Assembly (NCBI GenBank): GCA_030390025.1
Contig: CM059432.1
Span: 54,996,001 to 55,060,000, forward strand
Direction: 5' to 3'
From: Squalus acanthias
Lineage: Eukaryota
Length of the DNA: 64,000 bases
This document shows, one piece after another, positions 1 through 13,231 of the stretch. The notes under the pieces were generated by a model. It had not been told where the DNA came from, made no database searches, and saw only the letters and a program-made list of their open reading frames with translations. Positions within the stretch are counted from its first letter, which is position 1, and the number at the start of each line of letters is the position of its first letter. A program made the translations under genes and the position numbers.

Positions 1-2074
1 TAGATGAAAGCTGGGATTTTCCCTCAAACTCGGGTTTGATAATTAGGGTACAGCGAGACTTGGTGGATTGTAGACCAGGAATTTGCATACTTAGAAGTGC
101 TTGCGGGTAGGCCAGCTGCCTTTTTTCCATTACATAATGTGGAGTGCCAACACCCAAAGTGTAGCAGCACTGTGGATGCTGAGGAATGCATTATCGATTC
201 GTAGAGTTTTGTTCTGATACTAGAGGTTATGAAAAGATAAGCAACTCTTGTATCACTTTGGATCCAATTCAGGAATTGTGCAAAGTAAGAAAGAGATTCA
301 CAATGAAAGAACTACACCTGAAGTGTTGGCTTGTCTGTTCTCTCTAAAGGTGCTGACTGACCTGTGTGTTTCCAGCATTTTCTATTTTTGTTTTAGAAAA
401 CAGGTTAATTTTCTTGTATAAATATTATTTAAGATCGCAACAATTTCTGCTTCAAGACATCCATTTCTGCTTCTCTACTAGTTTGCCACAAGGCTGGCTT
501 CCACAGACTGGATGAAGAGATTTCCAGTGTTCAGTTACAAGCTCAAACATGATTGTCTGTTGAACGATGACAGGGAGGAAGCCCTTAATTGTTAACCTGG
601 ACAGTGAGAACTCAGGGCTAGAATTAAGCAGAGCAATCTGTCACTGATCCTAAAAGCTATATTTTTTTCACCAGAACAGTATAATTCTTTCTTATAACTG
701 TAGTAAATGACTTCCAATAATGCACTATAAGGGTGGACACCTCGGGGGAGTGCAGTCTATAGCGCATCCACGGCACTGTGGGGCAAAATGACTGCACAGG
801 GGAGCACAGCAAAGTGTAGAAGTGCAATGGTCATAGGAGATTTGATGGGGGGATAGACAGGCGGTTCTGCAATCGCCGACGTGAGTCCCGCATTGTGTGT
901 TGCCTTCCTGGTGCCAGGGTAAAGGACATCACTGAGAGGGTGCAGAACATTTTGAGAGGGGAAAAGGGAATAGCCAGAAGTCGTGGTCCATGTGGGAACC
1001 AATGACATAGGAAGGAAAAGGGTTGAGGTCTTGCAATCAGAGTTTCAGGAGCTCGGGAGGAAATTAAAAAGCAGGACCTCAAAGGTAGTAATCTCTGGAT
1101 TATTCCCAGTGCCATGTGCTAGTGAGTATAGAAATAATAGGATAAAACAAGTTAATGTGTGGCTGGAGAAATGCTGCAGGTTGGAGGACTTCAGATTCCT
1201 GGGGCATTGGGACCACTTCTGGGGCAGGAGGGGCCTGTTCAAGGTGGACGGGTTGCACCTCAAGAGAGCTGGGACCAATGTCCTCGCAGGAAGGTTAATT
1301 AGTACTGTGGGGGAGGGTTTAAACTAATTTGACAGGGGGACAGCACCACGAAAAAACATTAGAAAGGAGGAACAAGGTGCACAGAGGGCTGGGAGAGACA
1401 AATAGCACTAAAGTAAAGAATAGTTAAGAAATAGGAGGGATCAGACGGGGGGCAAATGCGAGGCAGTCTAAGATGGGTTTGGAGTCCATGTCCGTAAATG
1501 CACGTAGCATGGTGAATAAGGTTGGTGAGCTGCAGGCACAAGTCGCCACATGGGACTATGATATAGTGGCAATATCAGAGACCTGGCTCAAAGAAGGGGT
1601 GGATTGGGAACGTAATATTCCTGGCTACAAGGTATTCAGGAAAGATAGGGAAGGAAAGAAAGGAGTGGGGTGGCAGTATTGATCAAATAAACTATTATAG
1701 CACTGGCAAGGGATGATGTAGTTGAGGGGTCAAAGATAGAATTTATTTGGTTACAATTAAGGAACAATAGAGCAGCTATTATGCTACTGAGTGTATACTA
1801 TAGGCCACCAAATAGTGGGAAGGAGATAGGGGAGCAAATTTGCTGTAGTGTAGTATTAATTGGGGTCTTCAATTATTCTAATATAGAGTGGGATAATAAC
1901 TAAAGGGCAAAGAGGGGGAGGAATTCCTGAAATGTGTACAAGAGAACTTTCTTGATCAGTATGTTTCCAGCCCAATAAGGAAGGAAGCAGTGCTGCATCT
2001 AGTTCTGGGGTATGAAATGAGTCAAGTGGAGCATGTTTCAGTGGGGGAGCATTTTGGGGGACAGTGAACATAAT

Positions 2075-2824
2075 GGCCCGTATTTTCCGATCCCTACGGG
2101 TGTGTACGAGGTGTACCCGTAGGGGCCTCGCAAGTGCCGGTTTCAGGCATGCGAAGCGCATGTGCTGAAAACTGGCACTTCCGATCTGTCAAGAATCCTC
2201 TGGAGAAGGGCCTCTGCGGGGGGAGAGTTCCGCTTTCTGCACAACCTCTGCCCGCTGAAAACCTTTAAAAATCTTACGCCTGGTAAAAGCAGCGTAAGTA
2301 AGGCCTGCTTTCACCAGCCTAAGAGTTCAAAAAAGTAAAAAAAATAAAAAAAATTTCACTCATTTATAATTAAAAAATACTTTTAAAAAAGGTAAGTTTA
2401 TTTTTAGCCCCGTAAAAAACTTTAATTATTTTTTTCAAAAAATTTAATTTTTGTTTAAAATATTTAATTTAATGTAATTTTAACTAATTTTAAATATGTG
2501 ATGGTTTTTAAAGTTTTTATTTAATGTTTTAGTGTGTTTTTTGAGTGATCCCCATTCATACTTTTGACAGGTCTTAAGCGGAGAAACCTGTCAAAAGTGT
2601 GAAGGGGGATTCCCTTCTTTGATTGGTTTCCCATGGCCCACGTGATCCCAGGGACGCTTGCGAACCGCCTGCGCCCCTGGGATACCTGGGCTTCTGTGCG
2701 CGGGCACCAGGAGAGGCCCAAGAGCGGAAGTGTCGGGACCTACGGAGCCAGCAGGTAAGTTCGTAGGTTTTTCCAGATCGGAGGCATCCGCACGCAGGAA
2801 GCCTCCGATCGGAAAATCCGGCCC
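2075..2824. mobile_element. Non-autonomous DNA transposon (PIF/Harbinger-type MITE) inserted in CR1
   Basis: 18-bp imperfect TIRs GGCCCGTATTTTCCGATC / GATCGGAAAATCCGGCCC; 3-bp TSD AAT (2072-2074, 2825-2827); AT-rich core; CR1 ORF2 resumes after it. Confidence 0.85.
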
Positions 2825-3193
2825 AATATCAGGTTTAGAATAGTTATGGTAAAGGAACAATCAAATGTAGAAATACTTAACTGGAGTAGGGCTAACTTCA
2901 GTGAGTTGAAAAGGGATTGGAATCAAACATTGGTAGACAAAACAGTAATTGAACAATGGGAGGCATTAAAAGAGGAGGTGGCTCGGGTACCGAATGGACA
3001 CATTTTCATGAGGGGACAAGAAAAGGCATCCAAAGCTAGAGCACGCTGGATGACTAAAGATATAGAGATTAAAATGAGACAGAAAAAGGAGGCTTATGAC
3101 AATTGTAAAGTTGACAATACAGTAGAGAACCAAGCTGAATATAGACAGTACAGAGGAGATCTGAAACAGGGAATAAGAAGGGCAAAAAGAGAG

Positions 3194-4671
3194 TGTAGGG
3201 TGTTTTTGCATGCCCCGTGTTTCTATGACTCTCCCTTGAGTCGACCCGTGCATTAAAAACTCCCCGGGTTGGGTTGTTTCCCTTGGATGGCAGGAGCTTT
3301 TGCCAATAGTCCCTGCTCAGCCCGTCGATTAGCGGGTAATCCCACAGAGAGAGAGAGACCAAGGCCAGGTAGGTCTTCTCCTATGCCCGATGTGCAGCGT
3401 CCCCAGCGGGATTACTGTGTAACCCGGCCGTGACCGGATGCCACCCGGTTGGTCTTCCGAATTATACCACAAGCCCCACAACCCCCAAGTTCGGACCCAA
3501 GGAGTTACTATGGATAGATTATAATTGACTCAAACGAAACGAAACGATTCAGGTTGGTCAAAGATCGATTCCTTTTATTACACTCACAAACGACGACCCC
3601 TACTCCTCTCGCTTACGGCAGAACGAGTAGGTGACCGTGGACACTAGCTTATAACCTTAGACTAAAATACCCACCCTGTTGGTTACGCCGAACCAACCCC
3701 TTCCCAGAATCTAAGCCTAGATAATGGAAAAACCCTTCTAACTAAACCCCTCTCCCAGTTTGGTCAGAACCCACACTTGGAAGCCTCCTCACACACATAC
3801 ACGTGTTAGCCTGCGTATTGGACACTTGCAGTTCCTCAGCAGCCAAACACGCGGGCGGTCCTGGGGATTTCTAGAGGTGTATGCTGGATATAATTACCAG
3901 CCCTTGTCGTTGATTCATGCGGTCCCGGGTCCGTTCGACTCCAGAGACAAAACCGTGCCTAACAGAGGCATGCGATGAGGCCTCGAGAGTTACGTTCAGA
4001 CGGTACGGCGAGGCGCTCACTTCGGGGGTTCCTGGAGAGTTGACGGACGCGTAGCTACGCGGAGAACCCCGTTCCAGATGGTAGAGAAAAGTAAGGGCTG
4101 AATCCCCAAAGTTCAGCATATTTATACCCCGTATAATACACAAAACTGGCTGGGCGATTCCTGGTTACCATGGTCGCAGAGACGCTAGTTGGTCTTCCTG
4201 GTGATGTCTTTGTCCCGGATTGGTCATCTTGATGAAAACAATGGTAGGCCATTACTGTAGATGAGAAGTTCTCGAAGTGCTAACTGTTTGTTAAGTTCTT
4301 GACTGCTCCTTCATTGAAAGAGTCCAGAGGTATTACTTTTGGCCTGCAAACCTCATTGTCCATCCAGACATCCCGGCTCCATGGACAAAAGGTGTTTTTC
4401 CACAAATCACACAAGTTCGAATATGAAAAGGCCCCTGCCTTTCATGACGTCAGCGTTGAGACTGGTCCCATGGCAACCCAAAAGACAGACAGTTCCTGCT
4501 ATCTTCACAGAAACCAAAAGTCAGTCCTTTTTAAAGTCCAAAAGTCCAAACTCCATTTTGAAATGCAGCCCAAGTGCATCTCCATTTTAAAAGGGTACAT
4601 ATCCATTTTAAAAGTCCAAAAATCCTTCAGGCACATGCGCCCACTGATGTTGGCACCGGCCAAATCCTACA
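3194..4671 (-). mobile_element. Solo LTR (1478 bp) inserted in CR1
   Basis: TGTAGG...CCTACA termini; 4-bp TSD AGAG (3190-3193, 4672-4675); TATAAAT (~4120) and AATAAA (~3575) on the minus strand; short tandem repeats at 4530-4620. Confidence 0.8.
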
Positions 4672-6765
4672 AGAGTATGAGAATAGATTAGCGGGTGACA
4701 TAAAAGGGAACCCAAAACTCTTGTATAAACATTAAAATAGTAAAATGATAGTCAAAGGAAAGGTGGGGCTGATTAGGGACCAAAAAGGAGATATTCTTGT
4801 GGAGGTTGAGGGCATAGCTGTGGTACTAAATTAGTACTTTGCATGGGTCTTCACTAGAGAAGAGGATGCTGCCAATGTAACGGTAAAGGAGGAGGCAGTA
4901 GTGATATTGGATAGGATAAAAATTGATGAAGAGGATGTACTTAAAAGGTTGGCAGTCCTTAAAGTAGAGAAGTCACCCGGTCCAAATGGGATGCATCCTA
5001 GGTTACTGAGGGAAGTAAAGGTTGAAATTGCGGAGGCTCTGGCCACAATCTTCCAATCCTCCTTAGATATGGGGTTGGTGCCAGAGGACTGGAGGATTGC
5101 AAATGTTACACGCCTGTTTAAAAAAAAAAGGGGAGAGGGATAAACCCAGCAACTACAGGCCAGTCAGCCTAACGGTGGTGGAGAAACTTTGTGACAATAA
5201 TCCGGGACAAAATTAATTGGTACTTAGAAATGTATGGGTTAATAAATGAAAGTCAGCATGGACTTGTTAAAGGCAAATCGTGTTTAACTAACTTGATTGA
5301 GTTCTTTGATGAAGTAATGGAGAGGTTTGATGAGGGCAGTGTGGTTGATGTGTATATAGACTTTCAAAAGGTGTTTGACAAATTACCACATAATAGACTT
5401 GTTAGCAAAATTAAAGCCCGTGGGATTAAAGGGACAGTGACAGCATGGATTCAAAATTGGCTAAGGGATAGAAAGCAGAGAGCAGTGGTAAACGGTTGTT
5501 TTTCAGACTAGAGGAAAGCATACCAGGGGTCGGTATTAGGACCACTGCTCTTTTTGATACATATTAATTACCTGGACTTGGGTATACAGAGCATAATTTC
5601 AAAGTTTGAAGATGACACAAAGCTCTGAAATGTAATAAACAGTGAGGATAGTAATAGACTTCAGGAGAACATAGACAGACTGGTGAAATGGGTGCACACA
5701 CATGGCAGATGAAAGTTAACGCTGTGAAGTGATGCATTTTGGTAGGAAGAATGAGGAGAGGCAATATAAACTAAATGGTTCAATTTTAAAAGGGGTACAG
5801 GAACAGAGAGACCTGGGGGTGTATGTATGCAAATCTTTAAAGGTGGTAGGACAAGTTGAGAAGGCTGTTAAAAAAGCATATGGGATCCTTGACGTTACTA
5901 ATAGAGGAATAGAGTACAAAAGCAAGGAAGTTATGCTAAACCTTTATAAAACACTGGTTAGGCCCCAATTGGAGTATTGTGTTCAATTCTGGACAATACC
6001 TTAGGAAGGATGTCAAGGCCTTGGAGTGGGTGCAGAAGAAATTGACTAGAATGGTACCAGGGATGAGGGACTGCAGTTATGTGGAGAGACTGGAGAAGCT
6101 GGTGTTGTTCTCCTTACAGCAGAGGAGATTTGAACGCGGTGTTCAAAATCGTGAATGGTTTTGATAGAGTAAGTAAGGATAAACTGTTTCCAGTGTCAGA
6201 AGGGTCGGTAATCAGAGGACACAGATTTAAGATGATTGGCAAAAGAACCAGAGGCGACATGAGGAAACCTTTTTTGCGCAGTGAATTGTGATCTGGAATG
6301 CAGATTCAATAGTAACTTTTAAAAGGGAATTGGCTAAATACTGAAAAAAAATGACAGGGCTATGGAGAAAGAGCCGGGGAGTGGGACTAATTGGATAGCT
6401 CTACCACAGAGCCGGCACAGGCACTATGGGCTGAATGGCCTCCATCTGTGCTGTATCATTCTATGATTATTATCCTTCCACCTTAAAAGTATATTTAAAA
6501 GTAGCATTCTCATAGGAAAATTTATATTTAATAATATAAATCGTGCATAAGATTGCTTTAAGAAACAACTTAGGATAGACTGTACCTTTTCTAATTTCAA
6601 GATTTTTGGTTCAATCCAGCAAGCTATATGAAGAAGTATGATTATTCTCAGTAAAGATGTAAATGTATGTAGTTAACTTGAAAGCCACTACTTATGACAA
6701 TTGGGTTTCCTTCCTTTTTATATAGAATATTATTTAATCATGAAGAATTCTTCCATTGAGCCAAG

Positions 6766-6890
6766 GTGTCAGCCTTGGCTCAGTGGTAGCACTCTCGCCT
6801 CTGAGTCAGGTCGTGGGTTCAGAGACCCATTTCAGAGACTTGAGCACATAATCTAGGCTGGCACTTCAGTGCAGTACTGAGAGAGACACA
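6766..6890 (+). mobile_element. tRNA-derived SINE head (Deu-domain/SacSINE1-like family), truncated
   Basis: TGGCTCAGTGGTAGC A-box and GGGTTC B-box-like sequence; similar to the full copy at 53443-53917. Confidence 0.75.
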
Positions 6891-6894
6891 CACT

Positions 6895-7095
6895 ATCCTG
6901 ACTTGGACTTTTATCACCCTGGCTTCATCATTGCTGTGTCAAAATTCTGGAACCCCTTGCCTAGCAGCACTGTGGGAGTAACTTCACTACACGGACTGCA
7001 GCGGTTCAAGATGGCCCACCATCACCTTCTCAAGGGCAATTAGGGATGGCAATAAATGCTGTCCTTACTAGTGACGCCCACATCCTGAGAATTAT
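6895..7095 (+). mobile_element. 3' end fragment of the LINE family found at 13232-16470
   Basis: Matches 16255-16450 (CAGCACTGTGGGAGT...GGGCAATTAGGGATGG...GCCCACATCC). Confidence 0.8.
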
Positions 7096-9766
7096 TTTTT
7101 TGGTTTACAGCCATTTCTGTCTGAATTAACAACATAAGTCGATTATGTTTTTTTAAAAAATGGTCATGGTTTGTCATTTGGAAACATTTGTGGATTCACT
7201 AATTTGAAACTGTGGGCGTGAATTTACGAAGAGTTTTCCTCCTGTCCACTGTTTACGCTGTTAGGGTTTTCTGCTGTAGTTTCGGTGGACTGAAGAGCAA
7301 GTGTGTAAATTTACCCCCAGTACAAATGTGCTTGGAGATTCCTGCATTAATAAATTTGCAAGTAGGACAGCCACCAGTGGGCAGCAAAGTTCACTATTGT
7401 TTTTCCAAACCTAGAATTACCTCAAAATGAGTTACGCCTGCTTTTGCCCTTTAAAAAAAATCTGCGGAAGGAATTCCACTCAGCTTTGGGTTTGCTTATT
7501 TGCATTCCCATTGGTGCAAAACCCGTGTAAAACAAGTGTAAGCAGCTAAACTACCTGAAAACTTAAGTGCAGCTTTTGAAAAGACAGTTCAGCCTGCTCT
7601 CTATGGTGGACTGGGTGACAAACAGTTGAAAGAGGAACAGTGCTTGGCGATTCTGTTTCACTCTCTAATAATTTCACTGCATGTCTTAGCAATATTTTTA
7701 TTATACTTGTACAGAAAAATATAACTACGCAGATACCATCTGGACCCAGAGGGCAGCAGTGCATAGCACCAAGCCAGAGAAGAAGAAGCAAAGAACTTCA
7801 CTGATTTAGACCGCCAAGCCCTTCTCAAGGAAATCGAAGGCAGGAAGCACAGACTTCAGGGTGTGAGTGCCACCAAGCCTCCCAGAAATGTCAGTGTGCT
7901 GCCTGGAGGAAAGTGGCACTGGCAGGACAAATTGGGACACCATGCTTGCCAAAGGCAGGCCACTGAAAGGGCCTGAATAGTATCATCGAATAGTACAGCA
8001 CAGAAGGAGGCCATTCAGCCCATCGAGTCTGTGCCGACTCTTTCAAAGAGAAATCTAGTTAGTCCCACTTGCTGCTCTTTTCCCCATACCCCTGCAATTT
8101 TTTCTCCTTCAAGTATTTATCCAGTTCTCTTTTGAAGGCTGCTATTGCCTCTGTATCCACCACCCTATCAGGCAGTGCATTTCAAATTCTAACCACTCTG
8201 TGTAATGTCACCTCTGGTTCTATTTTCTTTTTACTTTCCAACGGCTCATCAAACCCTTTGCTTTCTGAAGTAGTATTCATCAATCCCATTATGCCTTTGG
8301 TAGGTTATAGAGCAAGAGAAGGAACTGGGGTTATAGCTGATAAATCATTGAAGGATTACGAATGGTGCGCTGAGATCATTTGGAAGGGCAAATAAGGTTT
8401 TAGGTTGCATTGCTAGGACAGTACAACATAATACCAAGAATACTATACTTAGGCTGTGCACGACCTTAATCCCGAGTGGGTAATGCTCACCCATTTTTAG
8501 CTTCCACCCTCCTTTCGCGCAGATCCACCCCAGCAACGGGGGCAGGGGCACATGATGAGGAGGAGCTGGGGAGTTTGTCTATCAAATTCAGTATGACGAT
8601 AATGATGAGGAAGAAAACAATGAGGATCAGCCCACCCACCAACTGCAGCTGCTTTATCTTGCCCTTTTCCCTCTGCCCCAACCCCCATTTGTGGTAGTTG
8701 TTATAAAAAGTAAAAGTTTACTGCACAGAAAGTGGCTATTCAGCCCATGTGTCTGTGCTGGCTCTTTGCTGGAGTAATCCAAAAGTAATCCTTGTGCCCT
8801 GCTCTCTCTCCCCCATGCCTTTTATCTTCCTCTGTTTTAAATGTTTATTTATTCTGCCCTTGAAGATGCAATGGTATCTGCCTCAGCTATTCCCTCTGGC
8901 AAAGCATTCCATGCTTTGAAAACTCTGCTGAAAGAAACTTGCTTCCTCTTTCCCAGGCACCGGCTAAGAGACTTTAATTCAGGGGGAATTATATAGTGGT
9001 AGTGAGGATGTGACACTGTGAGCCACTTTGAAGTGGCCAACATCAATCCCAGGCTGCTATATCCTGTCCTCAGCCCATGCAAACCTGTTCCAGCCCACCC
9101 CAAACCCCAATGCATTCTTTTGCCCTCATACTGTTTCCTGACCGGTATCATTCCCCCAATCAGCTTCTGCTGCTTTTTTCACACTCCTTACCTTTTCAGC
9201 TAGTTTTCAGCACTATGCAGGCCTTGAAAACAAAGAACAGGTTGGGGTAGGGACTACATACACAGGGGGTCCAACAGTCTTGAGATGAGAGAAAAACCAG
9301 ATTAACATCATGGGTGCAGACCCTGCCAGCACTGTGTTCGAAAGAAGGGTCTCCACTCCAAACATCAATCTGCCTCCCCTCTCCCCAGACACTGACAGAC
9401 TCCCCACACATCACAAGCACTCCTTGCTGTGAAGAATTTGGAGGATACAGCTAAAGTCAAAGTTCAGACCAGAGGGCTGCAGAGTGCCAGAGATAAGATA
9501 CCATTCCTGAAACCTGTAGTGAGTTTGAGACCAGAGGGCTGCAGAGTACCTAGCATTTGCATTTTTCTTTTCTTTTTCTTTTACAGAATGACTAGTGTGC
9601 ATGGGTTGGAACATTAACTGAGGGAGAAATGGTGAACTATTGTAGCTGGCGAAAATGAGTTGATATTTTTTCCCAATGATCTGATTAATGTATGGTTTCA
9701 CATGGTTATATTAGAGGCTTACTGCAATATTACGATCATACAATAATATAGGCACACAAACACAAG

Positions 9767-10654
9767 GGGGGAAAAATTCAGTATCGCCCCGTTTGGGGCG
9801 CAATTATCGGCCGGGCGCAAAGATTAGCACCTGCGCTAATTATCGCCTCTGACTGCAAACTTGACTTTTATCGCCCCTGGAGCTGATTGGAGCGCTAAAT
9901 CAGGCGCTTCACATCTGTCTTAAGGCGCAAAGGCCGAGGAGCGAGGCGCTAACTCAGAGTGCTGGTGAAGCTCGTGTGATGTCAGTCAGCAATGGAACAC
10001 AGACACAATGGCGCTGGCCAGTTCTTAAAGGGGAGGGTTGACTTGCTTTCCATCCACATCCTGCCCATTGCAGCCTTGAATCTCGGCCTGGAGAGACCTG
10101 TACATCAAATCTGCTGGAAAGAACAATGGAGAGTACCAGGGAAAGAGCTCAGAGTGCAACCCCCACAGTCTCTTCTAAATCGATACAAGGAAGGGCAAAT
10201 CAAAATGAACCTGCAAAGTGCTGCTCAGTACCCAAAACTCCTTCACACAGCGTTGAATCTCTCCAGAAGTCCCTCTCTCTCTCTCTCTCTCTCTCAGAAT
10301 GCGTGGTTCAAAAATGTCACCAACAAAAAAAGGCAGGAAGCAGTCACCTTTAAATAGTGCTCCCCCAGTCCCTTCCTGACTGCAAAACGCTCCCCTCAAC
10401 CTGTCGTTGCTAGCGGCAGGCGGTAAGGCAGGGGGCACCACTCAATATCCACACCGGGGCGTTGCGCACTCGAATGACGTCACGATCTGACGGCGCAGGA
10501 GATTGTGGCGGTAGTGTTTAGCGCCGCCGCAAAATGTCTAGTTAATTTCGCGAGTGGCACAAACATCGCCGCGCCCGGGTGCTAGTTGCTTTGCGCCCCA
10601 TTAGCGCCCTCTTAAGGCGCTAACGGGAGGCACAACCAACTGAATTTTCCCCCC
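9767..10654. mobile_element. Harbinger-type non-autonomous transposon, copy 1
   Basis: TIRs GGGGGAAAAATTCAGT / ACTGAATTTTCCCCCC; probable TSD AAG; colinear with the copy at 52068-52961. Confidence 0.85.
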
Positions 10655-10839
10655 AAGGTTTTTAATAGCATACATATGGATCTTCTTAAATATGCTTCAC
10701 CTTGATGGTCAGGGTGTCACCTGTATACTTATAAGGGGGTGATTTTTAACTTTGTGCGATAGTGTAAAATGGGTGATTGCGAATTGGCAGCCCGTTTTAC
10801 ATCTCTGCAGATTTTTATTTTTTATTAAAGTCAAAGCTT

Positions 10840-11690
10840 TGAGTGATTTGTGTACCTGGACACCCAGATCCCTTTGCTCCCCCACAATTCCTAGTCTCTC
10901 GCCATTAAGAAAATATTCCGATTTGTCTTTCTTGGATCCAAAATGGATAACCTTACACTACCCCACACTGAATTTCATCTGCCACAGTTTTTCCCACTCA
11001 CTTAATCCGTCTATGTCTCTTTGTAACTCCTGCTCTCATCTACATAACTTACTGTGTCTCCGAACATAGTGTCATCTGCAAACTTGAATATGCAACTCTC
11101 TATTCCTTCATCTACGTCATTGATACATATGGTGGAAGGCTGAGGCCCCAGTACAGTTCCCTGGGGAACACCACATCCTGCCAATCAGAGTATGTTCCCT
11201 TTATCCCTACTTTTTGTCTCCTACCTCCCAACCAATTGCAAACAAGGTTACCTTCAATTTAATGGGCTTTTATTTTTGCTAATAATTTCTTGTGCAGAAC
11301 CTTATCAAATGCCTTCTGGAAGTCCATATAGATAACATCCATAGACATTCCCTTATCCGCTATGCTAGTGACCACACAAAAAATTCAACTAGATTAGTCA
11401 GATATGACCTACCCTTCACAAATCCATGCTGAATCTCTTTGATCAGCTCGTACTTGTTCAAATTATCAGTCACTCTGTCCCTGGTGATAGGTTCTACTAA
11501 CTTCTCCACAACTGATGTTAAACTGACAGGTCTGTAGTTTCCTGGTTTCCCTCTCCCTCCTTTCTTAAATAATGGAGTGACATTTGCAATTTTCCAATCC
11601 AAAGGCAAAATTCCTGAATCTAGAGAGCTTTGGAAAATTATGACAATGCATCTGAAATTACCCCACCTGTTTCCTTTAATACCCTAAAAG
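10840..11690 (-). mobile_element. CR1 LINE RT fragment
   Basis: ORF 11360-11608 DWKIANVTPLFKKGGRGKPGNYRPVSLTS...QHGFVKGRS. Confidence 0.85.
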
Positions 11691-12329
11691 CTTTGAAATT
11701 ATACTGTGGGTTAATTGCAAATGAGTGCTTAATGTATTTGTATATAATCCATCACTTTGCTTCTCTAGCAGAGGCATTAACTCATTTAGAATAAACGAGA
11801 AAGAAAGAAAAGGGGTAATTGAGAGAGAAAGTGAGAGAGTAACAAAGATATAAGACAAGAGTAACAGAAAGAGCGAGGGATACATCTCTCCCATTAAAAC
11901 TATGGTTTAGATAGGGTCACATCCAGACAAAAATTGGTGAATGAGTTATGTCGACCTTCTCGGAATAAAACTGGGAATCTCTGTCTTGAGTGTTACTTTG
12001 TTCACCACAAGACAAAGCAATAAATGGATTAGGGAAAATCGATAAATGGAAGTAGCTTGTACCATTTTGCATGTACATTTCTGGATTTTCCAGGGTTACA
12101 TGTCCTGGGCACTTCCCCTGCCCACCGAATAGCAGCTTAGTCCTTCAGTGCTTGACTTCAATGGAAAGGAAAATCGGGTAAGGTGTATAACAGGCGGCCG
12201 TTCTGATAGCGCCCGTTTTACGCCCCTACAGAAGTTGAAAATTCCAGCGATTGACTCCTTGCTGGGGTCGAGTTCCACAGCTGCTGGGTGCTCTCCACCA
12301 TCTCACCAAATGGCCATCCTTCATATGTA

Positions 12330-12645
12330 AGCCTAGACAGTAAATATTAGCAGGCTATTCAAATGCAGGAAACATCATAGCCAAGCGTGACCCTGTCCTC
12401 AACTGATGTCCACAAACACACTTCCAGCAAGGTTTTCTGCATAGTGATCAGGCGTGAGAACCCTGGCCATTTTTTTTTTCTCTCACCAGCTCTAGCTGAA
12501 GGGAACTGAGGCCAACTAAAGTGCCTCCAATACCTCTTCAGCTGAAATTAACTAATTCAGCACAGACTGGGGATTTAACCTGGGACCCTCTAGGTCTGTA
12601 TGTTTCAGTTACTTTCTGTCTTAATTAGCTGAGATACCAAGGGAG
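12330..12645 (-). mobile_element. Old tRNA-derived SINE-like remnant
   Basis: Minus strand reads ...TCTCAGCTAATT...CCCAGGTTAAATCCCCAGTCTGTGCTGAATTAG..., with a B-box-like GGTTAAATCC; degenerate. Confidence 0.45.
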
Positions 12646-13231
12646 CAACAGCATTATGTTAGCTGTGGAATCCCACTTTTAAATTTTGTGTAGCACGTGT
12701 ATTATTTTAATTCTGTGTGTCTTCCGGCATCATAATGCATGCATATGATATTTAAATCACTTCCTAAACAAAGCAATAATTTTGTTTTAAAAATATGTTT
12801 TATTCCACTTTAATACAATCATAGAATTGTAAGAACAATCAAATATATCATGGCTACATTTTGTGATTTAGGAATCCCTATGCAGAGCTTTGCATGAACC
12901 TGGAAGTTAGCATGCCTAATTCACAGCCTGCATGATTTTCTGCTCATTCATTTTAATGGCCAGAAAGTTCTGTGGGCCCACGGTTCAGGTACACTGACCT
13001 TCATGTCTGAATTCCCGATATGCACATCTGTCACGTAAAGCTTTGCACCAGGAGTGTTAAAGCATAAAACTTCCTTCATAATTCATGTGTCAAAACATTC
13101 TTCAGTCACTACTGTTAAACCTTGTAGAATGAGGAAAACACTCACATTTTTGTTTATGATTAAAAAAATAACAATTCCAAAAACTAAATTTTTGAATAAT
13201 TAATGAATTCCTTCTTAAAGGACATTCACGA

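Larger units (their letters stand above)
735..6470 (+). mobile_element. CR1 LINE, near full-length and decayed (ORF1 SGNH esterase; ORF2 APE endonuclease + RT); interrupted by a MITE and a solo LTR
   Basis: ORF1 motifs VHVGTNDIGR...DGLHL (983-1327). Endonuclease N-terminus NARSMVNK...DIVAISETWL (1473-1682). RT fragments KSPGPNGMHPRLL, QHGLVKGKSCLTNL, YKTLVRPQLEYCVQFW. CR1-type 3' tail ...TTCTATGATT near 6460. Confidence 0.92.

Noticed and set aside
9992..10357. ORFs conserved between 9992-10357 and 52294-52674
   Set aside because: The similarity reflects two copies of the same MITE, and the frames differ between copies.
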